DNA from: a virus
Taxonomy: Duplodnaviria > Caudoviricetes
Direction: 5' to 3' (one strand)
DNA length: 34,555 nt
Virus record (IMG/VR): IMGVR_UViG_3300032218_002734
Span: 1 to 34,555 of that record
The translations under genes were made by a program, and so were the position numbers. The notes below the pieces were generated by a model. It had not been told where the DNA came from. It saw only the letters and a list, made by a program, of their open reading frames with translations, and searched no databases. Shown here in pieces: positions 18,830 through 28,045 of this stretch (the first letter of the stretch is position 1; every line of letters begins with the position of its first letter).

Positions 18830-19827
18830 TAGCAATTGATGATATTTTAGCAAAACTTGATCCAAAAACCAGGGCCAGAGTACAATCTGCTCAAAATGTG
18901 GTTGTTGAAAAACAAAAAACACCCAGCATTGGTTTAAACATAGCATTAAAAGGTGGGCTTGGTTATGGGAGACAAGTTCTTGTTTGGGGAAATAAGTCCG
19001 CAGGCAAATCTTCATTTTGCTTACAAATGATTGCACTTGCACAAAAAGAAGGTAAAACCTGTGCATGGATCGATGCAGAAGCATCATACGATCAATCTTG
19101 GGCAGAAATGCTCGGAGTAGATTCATCTTCCCTTATCTATTCCCCAGCTAAAACCGTAAATGATATGGTTGATGTTGCTACAAAATTAATGGATGCAGGA
19201 GTAGATTTGATAGTCGTGGACTCCATCTCAGCACTACTTCCAGCTATTTATTTTGAAAAAGATGGAAATGAAATGAAAGATTTGCAAGACACTAAGCAAA
19301 TCGGAGCAGAAGCAAAGGATATGACTCATGCAGTCAAAATGTTAAATTATGCAAACAAAAATACATTATTGGTTCTCATCTCACAACAAAGAAATCAATT
19401 CGGATCTATGCATGCCTCCCATATTCCAACAGGGGGAATGGCAGTTAAGTTCTTTTCATCCACGGTCATCAAACTTTGGTCCTCAGAAGCTGAAGCTAAT
19501 GCTATCAAAGCTGGCGTTAAAGTTGGCGATAAAATTATTGAACAAAGAGTTGGCAGACCAGTCAATTGGATTATTGATTACAACAAACTCGGCCCCCCTA
19601 ATCTTTCAGGACAGTATGACTTTTATTATCAAGGAGAATCTTTAGGAGTAGATAGTGTTGGAGAAACACTCGATGTCGCAGAAATGATTGGGTCTATTGA
19701 AAAAGGTGGCGCATGGTACACAGTAAATGGAGAACGTTTTCAAGGACGTGCAAAAACTGTAGCATATTTGCGAGAAAATCCAGATGTTGTAGACAACTTA
19801 ATAGGAGAAATAAATGCCAAATCTTAA
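18826..19827 (+). CDS. recA: RecA/UvsX-like recombinase
   Basis: TPSIGLNIALKGGL, Walker A GNKSAGKS, AWIDAE, IVVDSISAL, TGGMAVKFFSS, IEKGGAWY. Confidence 0.95.
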   Translation: MIAIDDILAKLDPKTRARVQSAQNVVVEKQKTPSIGLNIALKGGLGYGRQVLVWGNKSAGKSSFCLQMIALAQKEGKTCAWIDAEASYDQSWAEMLGVDSSSLIYSPAKTVNDMVDVATKLMDAGVDLIVVDSISALLPAIYFEKDGNEMKDLQDTKQIGAEAKDMTHAVKMLNYANKNTLLVLISQQRNQFGSMHASHIPTGGMAVKFFSSTVIKLWSSEAEANAIKAGVKVGDKIIEQRVGRPVNWIIDYNKLGPPNLSGQYDFYYQGESLGVDSVGETLDVAEMIGSIEKGGAWYTVNGERFQGRAKTVAYLRENPDVVDNLIGEINAKS

Positions 19828-20014
19828 TGAATTTTTTAATCAAAAAGAAATAGAAAAAGAAATATTAAGCAATAGTAGAATTGAAAAAATAGATTCCCCT
19901 AGGCCATGTGGAAAATGTGATTTAGATTCCTTAGTTTATTATTTTAATCAAGAAACTCTTGAAATGTTTTGGACGTGTCCAGATGGGCATGAAAATAAAT
20001 TTAAGGTAGGATAA
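19814..20014 (+). CDS. Small zinc-binding hypothetical protein
   Basis: CGKC...WTCPDGH. AGGAG RBS. Confidence 0.65.
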   Translation: MPNLNEFFNQKEIEKEILSNSRIEKIDSPRPCGKCDLDSLVYYFNQETLEMFWTCPDGHENKFKVG

Positions 20015-20319
20015 TGTCTGAGCGCTCAGAAGTTAAAAGAGACGGTGCCAAAGCTCAAAAAAATTCTGGGCGTGGGGATTATCAAAAAGGTGATGCTCAA
20101 TGGAAGCAGTTTCTTGTAGACTATAAAGAAGCATCTAAATCTTTTACCTTAAATAAAGAAAATTGGGCAAAAATATGTACCGATACATTTAGAGTAAATA
20201 GAGACATGCACCCAGCACTTAAAATAATTATAGGCAATGAAAGTAAAGTTAGACTTGGTATAATAGAATGGTCAATATTAGAAGATTTAATTAGGTTTTG
20301 GGAGGAGCATCATGAATAA
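20014..20319 (+). CDS. Putative PD-(D/E)XK Holliday-junction resolvase-like nuclease
   Basis: SE...NSGRG...KGD...LVDYK pattern, downstream of recA. Confidence 0.6.
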   Translation: MSERSEVKRDGAKAQKNSGRGDYQKGDAQWKQFLVDYKEASKSFTLNKENWAKICTDTFRVNRDMHPALKIIIGNESKVRLGIIEWSILEDLIRFWEEHHE

Positions 20320-21295
20320 AATTAATAAAATTCAAATAATGCCATTTGTTAATTTATATAAAAATGCATTTGATAATATAGATGACATACTAGAAGTTGT
20401 AAAAAATTCAATTGATAGCAATTCTGGTGAAATAATTCAAAAATGGGAAGAATGGTACGAGCTTGGGATACGTAGTCATTTTTTAATGGATGAAGATAGA
20501 ATGTTTTCTTCTGAGTTTAATTTAAATGAATACACTGCTGAATCTCAAAAACAAATTAAAACATTGCAACAAATTAAAAGTACTTTAAATTATGTTTATC
20601 AAGATTATATAGATGAGTGGTCTACAAAAGAAATGATTGATAAATATGAAAATCAACCAACATACTGGGATGATTGGAAAAGAATTTTTGGAGAATTTGT
20701 AACAAATTGGAATTTTAAAAATATTATAAAAGACAATCCTGAAAATAATGATGGTTGGATGGGATCAAACGTAGAACTTCTTAGGCACAATAAAGATACT
20801 ACAAAAAAATTTGCAATCAACTATCATCTAGATGCGTTTGGATCTCATTTTTCTGCTGGCCCGAAAGCCATTATGACTTCAACAATTTATTTAAATGATG
20901 ATTACGAAGGTGGCGAAGTATCTTATTTAGATGAATTTAATAATTTAATTGTTAACTATAAACCTAAAAAAGGAGACCTTGTAGTATTTCCATCCTACAA
21001 ACCATTTTTTCATGCAGCGTTACCATTACATGGAAATTATAAATATTTTGTTAGACATTTTCTTATATGGAACTATACTGGATCAGAGGAATATAAAAAA
21101 ATATTAAGCGAGTTTGGTCCAGACCTTATGTCTAAATTTGAAGAATACAGACATAAGGTAGAAAGTTCTTTAGGATATTTTCAAAAAAATATATATATGC
21201 CAGGAGATGATTTCTTTGATAAAAATAAAAATAATGAAAATGGCATGAGCTTTTTTGTAAAAAGAATTATAGACTGGAATAAAGAAAATGAATAA
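20312..21295 (+). CDS. 2OG-Fe(II) oxygenase, prolyl-4-hydroxylase-like
   Basis: HLD...YLNDDYEGGE...KPKKGDLVVFPS...HAA...KY. Confidence 0.9.
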   Translation: MNKINKIQIMPFVNLYKNAFDNIDDILEVVKNSIDSNSGEIIQKWEEWYELGIRSHFLMDEDRMFSSEFNLNEYTAESQKQIKTLQQIKSTLNYVYQDYIDEWSTKEMIDKYENQPTYWDDWKRIFGEFVTNWNFKNIIKDNPENNDGWMGSNVELLRHNKDTTKKFAINYHLDAFGSHFSAGPKAIMTSTIYLNDDYEGGEVSYLDEFNNLIVNYKPKKGDLVVFPSYKPFFHAALPLHGNYKYFVRHFLIWNYTGSEEYKKILSEFGPDLMSKFEEYRHKVESSLGYFQKNIYMPGDDFFDKNKNNENGMSFFVKRIIDWNKENE

Positions 21296-22235
21296 AGTTG
21301 TAATAATGCCACAAGTAGTTGTATATAAAGATATTTTTTCTAAAGAAACATTAAATAAATTTATAAAAATTATTAATGATTCTATGACAGATATGTCTCA
21401 ATATGATATAACTGCACCAGAAGAATCTGCAATAAATGATTATCATGGGGCGCAGCCATTTTTAAAAAATAGTAATGATTTTATTATGCAATGGACACCT
21501 TGGTATAATTTCGGCCATAGATCAAAAATAGATAATTCAAATATAAAAATTAATAATGAAAATTATAATAAAATGGAATATGATTTAAGGGAACAAGTTA
21601 ATGAAGCAATGAATATTGTTTTTCAAGATTATATATCGGACTATAAGAATAGCGAGTGGCCAAATTTTATTACATCTTGGGAATTAAGTACAAAGCTTGG
21701 ATTTAGTGAAATTGAAATATTAAAACATCATATTAAACCAAAAGAAAAATATGCAATATTATTTCATACTGATAGGCATGAGCATAGAATTCATATGACT
21801 GGTGGAAAACAAATAATAACTTTTACTTTTTACCTTAATGATAATTATGAGGGAGGGGAAGTTGAGTTTATAGATGAAGCAAAAAATCAACTATTTACCT
21901 ATAAGCCAGGAGCTGGAGACATAACAGTATTCCCTTCTGGCTTACCATTTTGGCATTCTGCAAAAGCAGTTACTTCTGGCGAAAATAAAATATTTTTAAG
22001 AGTATTTATTAATTGGGAACATTCTGGATCAAAAGAATATTTAGAAGGCGTAAAAAAATATGGAAAAATTGAGTACGATAAAATAGTAATGAATGAGGCT
22101 AGGGACGTTGTATCTCAAAATGTTGTAGGTAGACAGGTTATTAAAGTTGGTGAAGACCCATCTGTTTTAAAAACAAAAGCAATATTAATTCATGATGAAA
22201 ATAGATTTTATATAGATGGAAGGACAAAAATATGA
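21288..22235 (+). CDS. 2OG-Fe(II) oxygenase, prolyl-4-hydroxylase-like (tandem paralogue)
   Basis: HTD...YLNDNYEGGE...KPGAGDITVFPS...HSA...KI. Confidence 0.9.
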   Translation: MNKVVIMPQVVVYKDIFSKETLNKFIKIINDSMTDMSQYDITAPEESAINDYHGAQPFLKNSNDFIMQWTPWYNFGHRSKIDNSNIKINNENYNKMEYDLREQVNEAMNIVFQDYISDYKNSEWPNFITSWELSTKLGFSEIEILKHHIKPKEKYAILFHTDRHEHRIHMTGGKQIITFTFYLNDNYEGGEVEFIDEAKNQLFTYKPGAGDITVFPSGLPFWHSAKAVTSGENKIFLRVFINWEHSGSKEYLEGVKKYGKIEYDKIVMNEARDVVSQNVVGRQVIKVGEDPSVLKTKAILIHDENRFYIDGRTKI

Positions 22236-22336
22236 CTATCTTTTTTTTAGGCGTTATGATAGGATTATGTATAGGGTATCCACTTGGATTATTCCTTGAT
22301 AAATTAGATAAAGAGATTAAAAATGGCGGAAGATAA
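22232..22336 (+). CDS. 34-aa single-pass membrane microprotein
   Basis: MTIFFLGVMIGLCIGYPLGLFLDKLDKEIKNGGR. ATGA overlap, AGGA RBS. Not in the track. Confidence 0.65.
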   Translation: MTIFFLGVMIGLCIGYPLGLFLDKLDKEIKNGGR

Positions 22337-22661
22337 AAATACACTACAGTTAATAGGAGATATAACAGAGTTTAATGATTTGCATGAGTTTATGCAAGAT
22401 GAACATTTAGATAAAGCATTAGCAATTGTTGTTAAGCTTCTAATGAACCCAGATGTACCTTCAGCCAAAGCGCCAATGTTAATTATGGAATTGCAAGCAA
22501 TGTCAACTAAATTTGCCGTCATGTCTTCAGTATATTCAACAATTGCAAAAGACAAAGCAGGCACTGTCAATAATAATAAAAAAAATGTGTACTACTCGGT
22601 AAAGGAGTCCATAGACAAACTTGTAGATGCACTTAAATATGTAGTTAGGTATAATTCATAA
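22323..22661 (+). CDS. Hypothetical helical protein
   Basis: 112 aa ORF in the recombination operon. Confidence 0.7.
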   Translation: MAEDKNTLQLIGDITEFNDLHEFMQDEHLDKALAIVVKLLMNPDVPSAKAPMLIMELQAMSTKFAVMSSVYSTIAKDKAGTVNNNKKNVYYSVKESIDKLVDALKYVVRYNS

Positions 22662-22825
22662 TGATTAAAGATATATTTTTATCTACCTTTACAGGAGCAA
22701 TACTTGGTGGAATTTTTGCTGCATTTAAATTACCAGTTCCAGCACCGCCATATTTTCCAGCAGTAATGGGTATTGTCGGCATATGGCTAGGCGCAGCTAT
22801 AGTTTTTAGGTTTACTAATGGCTAG
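22661..22825 (+). CDS. XapX/DUF1427-like small membrane protein (54 aa)
   Basis: MIKDIFLSTFTGAILGGIFAAFKLPVPAPPYFPAVMGIVGIWLGAAIVFRFTNG: two hydrophobic helices joined by LPVPAPP. TAATG coupled. Not in the track. Confidence 0.75.
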   Translation: MIKDIFLSTFTGAILGGIFAAFKLPVPAPPYFPAVMGIVGIWLGAAIVFRFTNG

Positions 22826-23609
22826 AGATATTGTAAAAAATTTAAAATTTAAAAAACATACAGGAAAGTTTTTTGACCCAGAAAAATTTGCTTCATTGCT
22901 AGATGAATCTTATCGTAAAACAAAAAGAGCAGATGGCGAGATGACAAAAAAATCATTTAGTCCAAGTTCACTTGGTTATGGTCATGGTAAATGCCCACGA
23001 TATTGGTACATGGCTTTTTCTGGTGCAGTTTTTATTGACGATAACGATGCGGTGGCAGTTGCCAATATGGCTCAAGGTACACAAGCACATGAAAGACTTC
23101 AAAAGCTTATATCTACAATGCCAGAGTGGAGGGCTGAAGAAGAAGAAATTATTAATGAGTACCCTCCAATTAGAGGGTTTATAGATCTTATAATGGAGTA
23201 TGATGGCGAAACCGTTATTGGTGAAATTAAAACTGCTAAACAAGAGGTATGGGATACAAGACAATCAGAAATGAAATCTTCTCCAAATCACATGCTTCAA
23301 TTACTTACATACATGAAATTAAAAAATGCCAAAGAAGGCTTCTTTTTATATGAAAATAAAAATACACAAGAAATATTAATTATTCCAATTTCAATGAATG
23401 ATAAAAATAAAAAAATTATAGAAGATGCATTTCTTTGGATGCAAGAGGTTTATGATAATTTTAAAAATGGAGATCTTCCAATGAGGCCAGCGGGTGCAAC
23501 AAAATCAAAAATGCCATGCACCTATTGCCCAGTTAAAAAAGAATGTTACGATAAATCTGGCCCGATGGGTACAGTTCAAATAGAACTTTATGAAACCCCA
23601 ATTATATGA
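22818..23609 (+). CDS. Cas4-like PD-(D/E)XK exonuclease with 4-Cys Fe-S site
   Basis: SPSSL...CPR, GTQAHE, GFIDL...GEIKT, QLLTY, CTYCPVKKEC. Confidence 0.88.
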   Translation: MARDIVKNLKFKKHTGKFFDPEKFASLLDESYRKTKRADGEMTKKSFSPSSLGYGHGKCPRYWYMAFSGAVFIDDNDAVAVANMAQGTQAHERLQKLISTMPEWRAEEEEIINEYPPIRGFIDLIMEYDGETVIGEIKTAKQEVWDTRQSEMKSSPNHMLQLLTYMKLKNAKEGFFLYENKNTQEILIIPISMNDKNKKIIEDAFLWMQEVYDNFKNGDLPMRPAGATKSKMPCTYCPVKKECYDKSGPMGTVQIELYETPII

Positions 23610-23884
23610 TTTGTTTTAATAAAGATTGTGCTAAAGATTTTACTCCCAAAACACATAATCAAAAATATTGTTCAGATGAATGTTGTAAGGTTGCAACTAA
23701 TAAAAGAATTATGGAAAAATATTATGAAAAAAAAGCTGTTAAAAATGGCGCATTAAGAATTTGCAAAAAATGTAAATCAAAACTAAGTCGATATAATTTA
23801 GAGGGTGAATGCTCTATTTGTCAAAAAAACAAATATGAATCTAAACAAAAAAAATTAAAAGAGATAATTGATGACATTAGCTAA
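23606..23884 (+). CDS. Cys-rich zinc-finger protein
   Basis: CFNKDC...QKYCSDEC plus CKKC...CSIC. Confidence 0.7.
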   Translation: MICFNKDCAKDFTPKTHNQKYCSDECCKVATNKRIMEKYYEKKAVKNGALRICKKCKSKLSRYNLEGECSICQKNKYESKQKKLKEIIDDIS

Positions 23885-24437
23885 ATTAGTTAAAACTAAA
23901 GCAAATAGAGTTTTGGGTATAGACGCATCTACTAATTCAATAGCATTTTGTTTAATGGAAAATGACAAGCCATTAAAATGGGGTAAAATAAATTTAGTTG
24001 GGGAAGATATTTTTGCTAAAATATATGACGCCAAACGTAAAGTAAACTCTATGCTAAAAGAATTAAAAGCAGACTACATAGTAGTTGAAGGAGCCATTCT
24101 TGTAAGATCCCCAGATGCTGTTATTAAATTGTCATATGTTTATGGAGTTGTCATAGCAGAACTTATGTCTACGGGGGCTGAGGTTATCACAATATCACCT
24201 TCTTCTTGGCAAGCTTATATTGGAAATAAAAATCCTACAAAAGAAGAAAAAGCTGCAATAAGATTAAAAAGTCCTGGATATGCCGATTCTTGGTATAAAA
24301 ATCAAATGAGAAATATGCGCAAACAAAGAACAGTTGATTATTTTAATAAAAAATATAATTTGCTGCTTGATGATTTTGATGTAGCAGATTCATTTGGAAT
24401 TGCGCATTATTCAAATCAGGTATTAACAAAAAGATGA
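23871..24437 (+). CDS. ruvC: RuvC-like Holliday junction resolvase
   Basis: VLGIDAST, IVVEG, SPSSWQ, DVADSFGIA. Confidence 0.85.
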   Translation: MTLAKLVKTKANRVLGIDASTNSIAFCLMENDKPLKWGKINLVGEDIFAKIYDAKRKVNSMLKELKADYIVVEGAILVRSPDAVIKLSYVYGVVIAELMSTGAEVITISPSSWQAYIGNKNPTKEEKAAIRLKSPGYADSWYKNQMRNMRKQRTVDYFNKKYNLLLDDFDVADSFGIAHYSNQVLTKR

Positions 24438-24580
24438 AATTGTATCAAAGCAAAGAGTGGTTATATAGAAGATATATAGTTCAAAAGAAAACTGTTACAG
24501 AAATAGGCAAAGAATGCGGAGTCTCTGCAATGACCATACAGAGATATTTACAAGAGTTTGGAATGTTAAAAAAAAGATGA
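24434..24580 (+). CDS. 48-aa helix-turn-helix protein
   Basis: MKLYQSKEWLYRRYIVQKKTVTEIGKECGVSAMTIQRYLQEFGMLKKR. ATGA-coupled at both ends. Not in the track. Confidence 0.8.
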   Translation: MKLYQSKEWLYRRYIVQKKTVTEIGKECGVSAMTIQRYLQEFGMLKKR

Positions 24581-25128
24581 GCATAGATGTATGGCAAAAT
24601 GCTACAAAAGATACTGCTGGAGATTTAATATTAACTGGATACGTCGGAGAATTTAAAGATATGCCAGTATATAATGAAGTAATATCATTAATGGGTTCTG
24701 GTAAATCTGCATTAGATTTTGGTTGCGGAGTTGGAAGAAATGTTTTGGCTTTATCTAAAAGCTTTAATCGTGTAACAGGTTATGATTTTCCTAGTATGTT
24801 AGATTTAGTTCCAAAAGAAAATCAAGGGTTTCCACAAATTATGTACACCACAGATTGGGATTATTTAAAAAATGAAAAGTTTGATTCAGTTTTGGCTAGT
24901 TTAGTGTTTCAACATATAGAGCATACTGAATTAGAAGAATATCTTTTTGATTTAAATAAAATGACAGATAAGCTTGTTTTACATAGCAGAACATGGGTGG
25001 ACCATTCTAATTTAGAGGTATTGCCAATTGTAGAGAAATATTTTATAATAAATAACATAGAGTACACAAAAGATCCCAATAATCCTATTGATGATCATTT
25101 TATTGCCGTACTAATACCTAGGAGATAA
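24577..25128 (+). CDS. Class I SAM-dependent methyltransferase
   Basis: ALDFGCGVGR, VTGYD, FDSVLASLVFQHI. Confidence 0.88.
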   Translation: MSIDVWQNATKDTAGDLILTGYVGEFKDMPVYNEVISLMGSGKSALDFGCGVGRNVLALSKSFNRVTGYDFPSMLDLVPKENQGFPQIMYTTDWDYLKNEKFDSVLASLVFQHIEHTELEEYLFDLNKMTDKLVLHSRTWVDHSNLEVLPIVEKYFIINNIEYTKDPNNPIDDHFIAVLIPRR

Positions 25129-25129
25129 A

Positions 25130-25471
25130 ATGTTAAAACCAGTTTATCCAGATGTAAAACAATTTAGTTGTCGTGATCTTTATTTATCTTCAGTTGGCGC
25201 TCCATCTGGCAATAAGATTTGGATGGCATGTCATCAAATTGCACAGCTTTTAATTGAAAAAAATATTTCTTATGGAGATTCTGCACTTAACCCTGCACGT
25301 ATATTTTCACAAGCAAATTCGACAGAACAATTAAAAGTTAGAATTGATGATAAATTAAATAGAGTAATGAATAATCAAGGTTTTGCTGGCGATAACGATG
25401 TAGATGATTTAATTGGATATTTAATACTTTATAAAATTGCTAACGCTCAACTTGCTATTTCAGTTGACTAG
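25130..25471 (+). CDS. DUF1599 / nucleotide-modification-associated alpha-helical pyrophosphatase-like protein
   Basis: KNISYGDS...VRIDDKLNR...DDLIGYLIL pattern. Confidence 0.7.
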   Translation: MLKPVYPDVKQFSCRDLYLSSVGAPSGNKIWMACHQIAQLLIEKNISYGDSALNPARIFSQANSTEQLKVRIDDKLNRVMNNQGFAGDNDVDDLIGYLILYKIANAQLAISVD

Positions 25472-25480
25472 AAGTATAAT
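25452..25480 (+). promoter_or_regulatory. Promoter of the terminase operon, probable leaderless start at ATG 25487
   Basis: TTGCTA, 17 nt, TATAAT, then 6 nt and ATG. Confidence 0.7.
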
Positions 25481-25486
25481 ATATAA

Positions 25487-26023
25487 ATGAGCGAATTAGA
25501 GCCAGCAGTACATTTTGATCGAATGAATAAAGTAGTCGAAGAATTACTTAAGGGCAATTCTGCTACTCAAATTGCTACAATTACTGGATTTTCTAGAAAA
25601 GAAGTTGTTGAATTTATTGATGAATGGAAAACGGTTGTTCACAATGACAGCAATATAAGAGACCGTGCTAGAGAAGCAATATCTGGGGCGGATCAACATT
25701 ATGCAATGTTAATTAAAGAAGCCTGGAAAACTGTAGAAGACGCAGATCAATCTGGGCAGCTTAATATTAAAGCAAATGCATTAAAGCTTATTTCTGATAT
25801 TGAAACAAAAAGAATAGGCATGCTTCAATCTGTTGGAGTTTTAGAAAACAACGAATTAGCTTCACAGATAGCAGACACAGAAAGAAAGCAAGATATTCTT
25901 GTGGGCATTTTAAAAGAAGTAACGGCTTCTTGTCCTAAATGCAAAATGGAAGTTGCAAAAAGATTATCTCAAATTACTGGCATAGTCGAATCAATAGTAA
26001 TAGAATCACAAAATGTCGTTTGA
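25487..26023 (+). CDS. Putative terminase small subunit
   Basis: N-terminal HTH (GNSATQIATITGFSRKEV), helical body, CPKC. Overlaps the large subunit start. Confidence 0.6.
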   Translation: MSELEPAVHFDRMNKVVEELLKGNSATQIATITGFSRKEVVEFIDEWKTVVHNDSNIRDRAREAISGADQHYAMLIKEAWKTVEDADQSGQLNIKANALKLISDIETKRIGMLQSVGVLENNELASQIADTERKQDILVGILKEVTASCPKCKMEVAKRLSQITGIVESIVIESQNVV

Positions 26024-27815
26024 GTTTTCAGATTTAATTGATATATTAGATGGCGAAGAATTTGAAGAAAAGCCAGTAGATTTACAAACATTTGTAACTG
26101 ATCCAAATTATTTAGGATTGCCACCACTTTCAGAATTACAATCAACTCTTATTCAAAAAAGCTCTCAAATTTATAGAGAAGTAACCTTAGCTAAATTATT
26201 TGGCGAAGAAGAAGGAAAAAGAATATTTAAACAAACATGCACTGAAGTTGTAGCTCAATTAGGAAAAGGCTCGGGAAAAGATTATTGCTCAACAATTGCT
26301 GTTGCCTATATCGTTTATTTGCTTCTATGTTTAAAGAACCCAGCCACATATTATGGAAAACCGCCTGGGGACTCCATTGATATTTTGAATATAGCAATCA
26401 ACTCACAGCAGGCCAATAACGTCTTCTTTAAGGGCTTTAAGACACGAATAGAGCGTTCTCCATGGTTTACTGGCAAATATGAATCAAAAGCCTCTGAAAT
26501 CAAATTTGATAAAGCAATTACCGTACACTCTGGACACTCGGAAAGGGAAGCTTGGGAAGGCTATAACGTAATTGTAGTTATTCTTGATGAAATTTCAGGT
26601 TTTGCTATTGAAAATACAACTGGTCATGATCAAGCTAAAACGGCAGATGCCATATATGATATGTACAGAGCATCGGTTGATTCTCGTTTTCCAGATTTTG
26701 GCAAAGTTATTTTATTGTCTTTTCCAAGATTTAAAAATGATCCAATTCAAAAGTTTTACGATTCAGTTATAGCAGAAAAAGAAACAGTTATAAGAACCCA
26801 TCATTTTAAAATGGATGAAGACCTTCCAGATGGAATAGAGGGAAATGAATTTGATGTAGATTGGGAAGAAGATAATATTATTTCTTATTCTATACCAAAA
26901 GTTTATGCGTTAAAAAGACCAACCTGGGAAGTAAATCCAACTAGAAACATAGACGATTTTAAAACTGCTTTTTATAAAAATAGCTTAGATGCCCTAGGAA
27001 GATTCGCTTGCATGCCACCAGAAATGATAGATGCTTTTTTTAAATCTAGAGAAAAGGTAGAAGGTGCATTTAATAATACTTCACTCGCAGTCGATAAATT
27101 TGGTAGATTAGAAGAATGGTTTATCCCAGAACCAGATAAAAAATATTTTATTCATGTAGACCTTGCACAAAAACATGATCATTGTGCTGTAGCAATGGGT
27201 CATGTTGAAAAATGGGTTAATGTTAAGGTTACAAACGAATATTCCCAACCAGCGCCAATTGTTTCTGTTGATGCAGTAAGGTATTGGACCCCAACTGCTG
27301 ATAAATCTGTTGATTTTACTGAGGTTAGAGATTATATCCTTGCTCTTAAAACAAGAGGGTTTAATATTGGAGTATGTACTTTTGATAGATGGAACTCGCA
27401 TGATATGATGCAACAATTAAGAACGTATGGAATAAATACAGAAATTCTATCAGTTGCAAAAAAACATTATGATGATATGGCAATGGTTGTTTTAGAAGAA
27501 AGATTAAATGGACCTTACATTCCTTTGCTTATAGACGAATTATTGCAATTAAAAATTATGAGAGATAAGGTAGACCACCCTAGAAAAGGATCTAAAGATT
27601 TAGCTGATGCTGTTTGTGGTGCCGTATTTAATTCTATTAGTAGAACACCACCTGAAAGAAATGAAGAAATTGGCATTCATACATATGAATCAATGATGTT
27701 TGATAATGATTTTAATAAAGAAGCTGACGGGGAAACCAGCAGCTATAATATGATTAGGGCACCACGAATGCCTGAACATTTAAGAGATGCTATGGATGGG
27801 ATGACAATACTGTGA
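26013..27815 (+). CDS. Terminase large subunit
   Basis: Walker A GKGSGKD, Walker B VILDE, nuclease motifs HVDLA, FDRWNS, KVDHPRKGSKDLADA. Confidence 0.92.
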   Translation: MSFEFSDLIDILDGEEFEEKPVDLQTFVTDPNYLGLPPLSELQSTLIQKSSQIYREVTLAKLFGEEEGKRIFKQTCTEVVAQLGKGSGKDYCSTIAVAYIVYLLLCLKNPATYYGKPPGDSIDILNIAINSQQANNVFFKGFKTRIERSPWFTGKYESKASEIKFDKAITVHSGHSEREAWEGYNVIVVILDEISGFAIENTTGHDQAKTADAIYDMYRASVDSRFPDFGKVILLSFPRFKNDPIQKFYDSVIAEKETVIRTHHFKMDEDLPDGIEGNEFDVDWEEDNIISYSIPKVYALKRPTWEVNPTRNIDDFKTAFYKNSLDALGRFACMPPEMIDAFFKSREKVEGAFNNTSLAVDKFGRLEEWFIPEPDKKYFIHVDLAQKHDHCAVAMGHVEKWVNVKVTNEYSQPAPIVSVDAVRYWTPTADKSVDFTEVRDYILALKTRGFNIGVCTFDRWNSHDMMQQLRTYGINTEILSVAKKHYDDMAMVVLEERLNGPYIPLLIDELLQLKIMRDKVDHPRKGSKDLADAVCGAVFNSISRTPPERNEEIGIHTYESMMFDNDFNKEADGETSSYNMIRAPRMPEHLRDAMDGMTIL

Positions 27816-28045
27816 ATGAATATCAAGAAATGGCAAAACAATGTAAATGCTGTAGTAAACATGTTCCTATGCCAACTTCAATGAAAATGTATGAAGGCAT
27901 AATTTTATGTCCCACTACATTTTCAAATGTTATAGAATATAAAAGAATATGGTCTTCTTATGGGTCAAGACCAATGGGTAGTATCAGAAAACATTTTTCT
28001 GAGTACGTTCAAGGGATTGTAGAAAATGAATTTAAAGGGTTTTAA
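27812..28045 (+). CDS. Small Cys-containing hypothetical protein
   Basis: GTGA overlap with terminase stop. CKCC...LCPT. Confidence 0.6.
   Translation: MNEYQEMAKQCKCCSKHVPMPTSMKMYEGIILCPTTFSNVIEYKRIWSSYGSRPMGSIRKHFSEYVQGIVENEFKGF

Noticed and set aside
22818-23609. Cas4-like gene as evidence of a CRISPR-Cas system
   Set aside because: No repeat-spacer array or other cas genes were seen. Solo Cas4-like nucleases are common in phage recombination modules.
22241-24575. Homopolymer runs (T8 at 22241, A8 at 24568) as phase-variation or frameshift sites
   Set aside because: Such runs are expected in AT-rich DNA, and the surrounding ORFs are intact and coupled.
11058-27815. Inteins or introns in DnaB, DnaE, RecA or TerL
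   Set aside because: Lengths are ordinary, motifs are contiguous, and no intein splice or LAGLIDADG motifs were seen.
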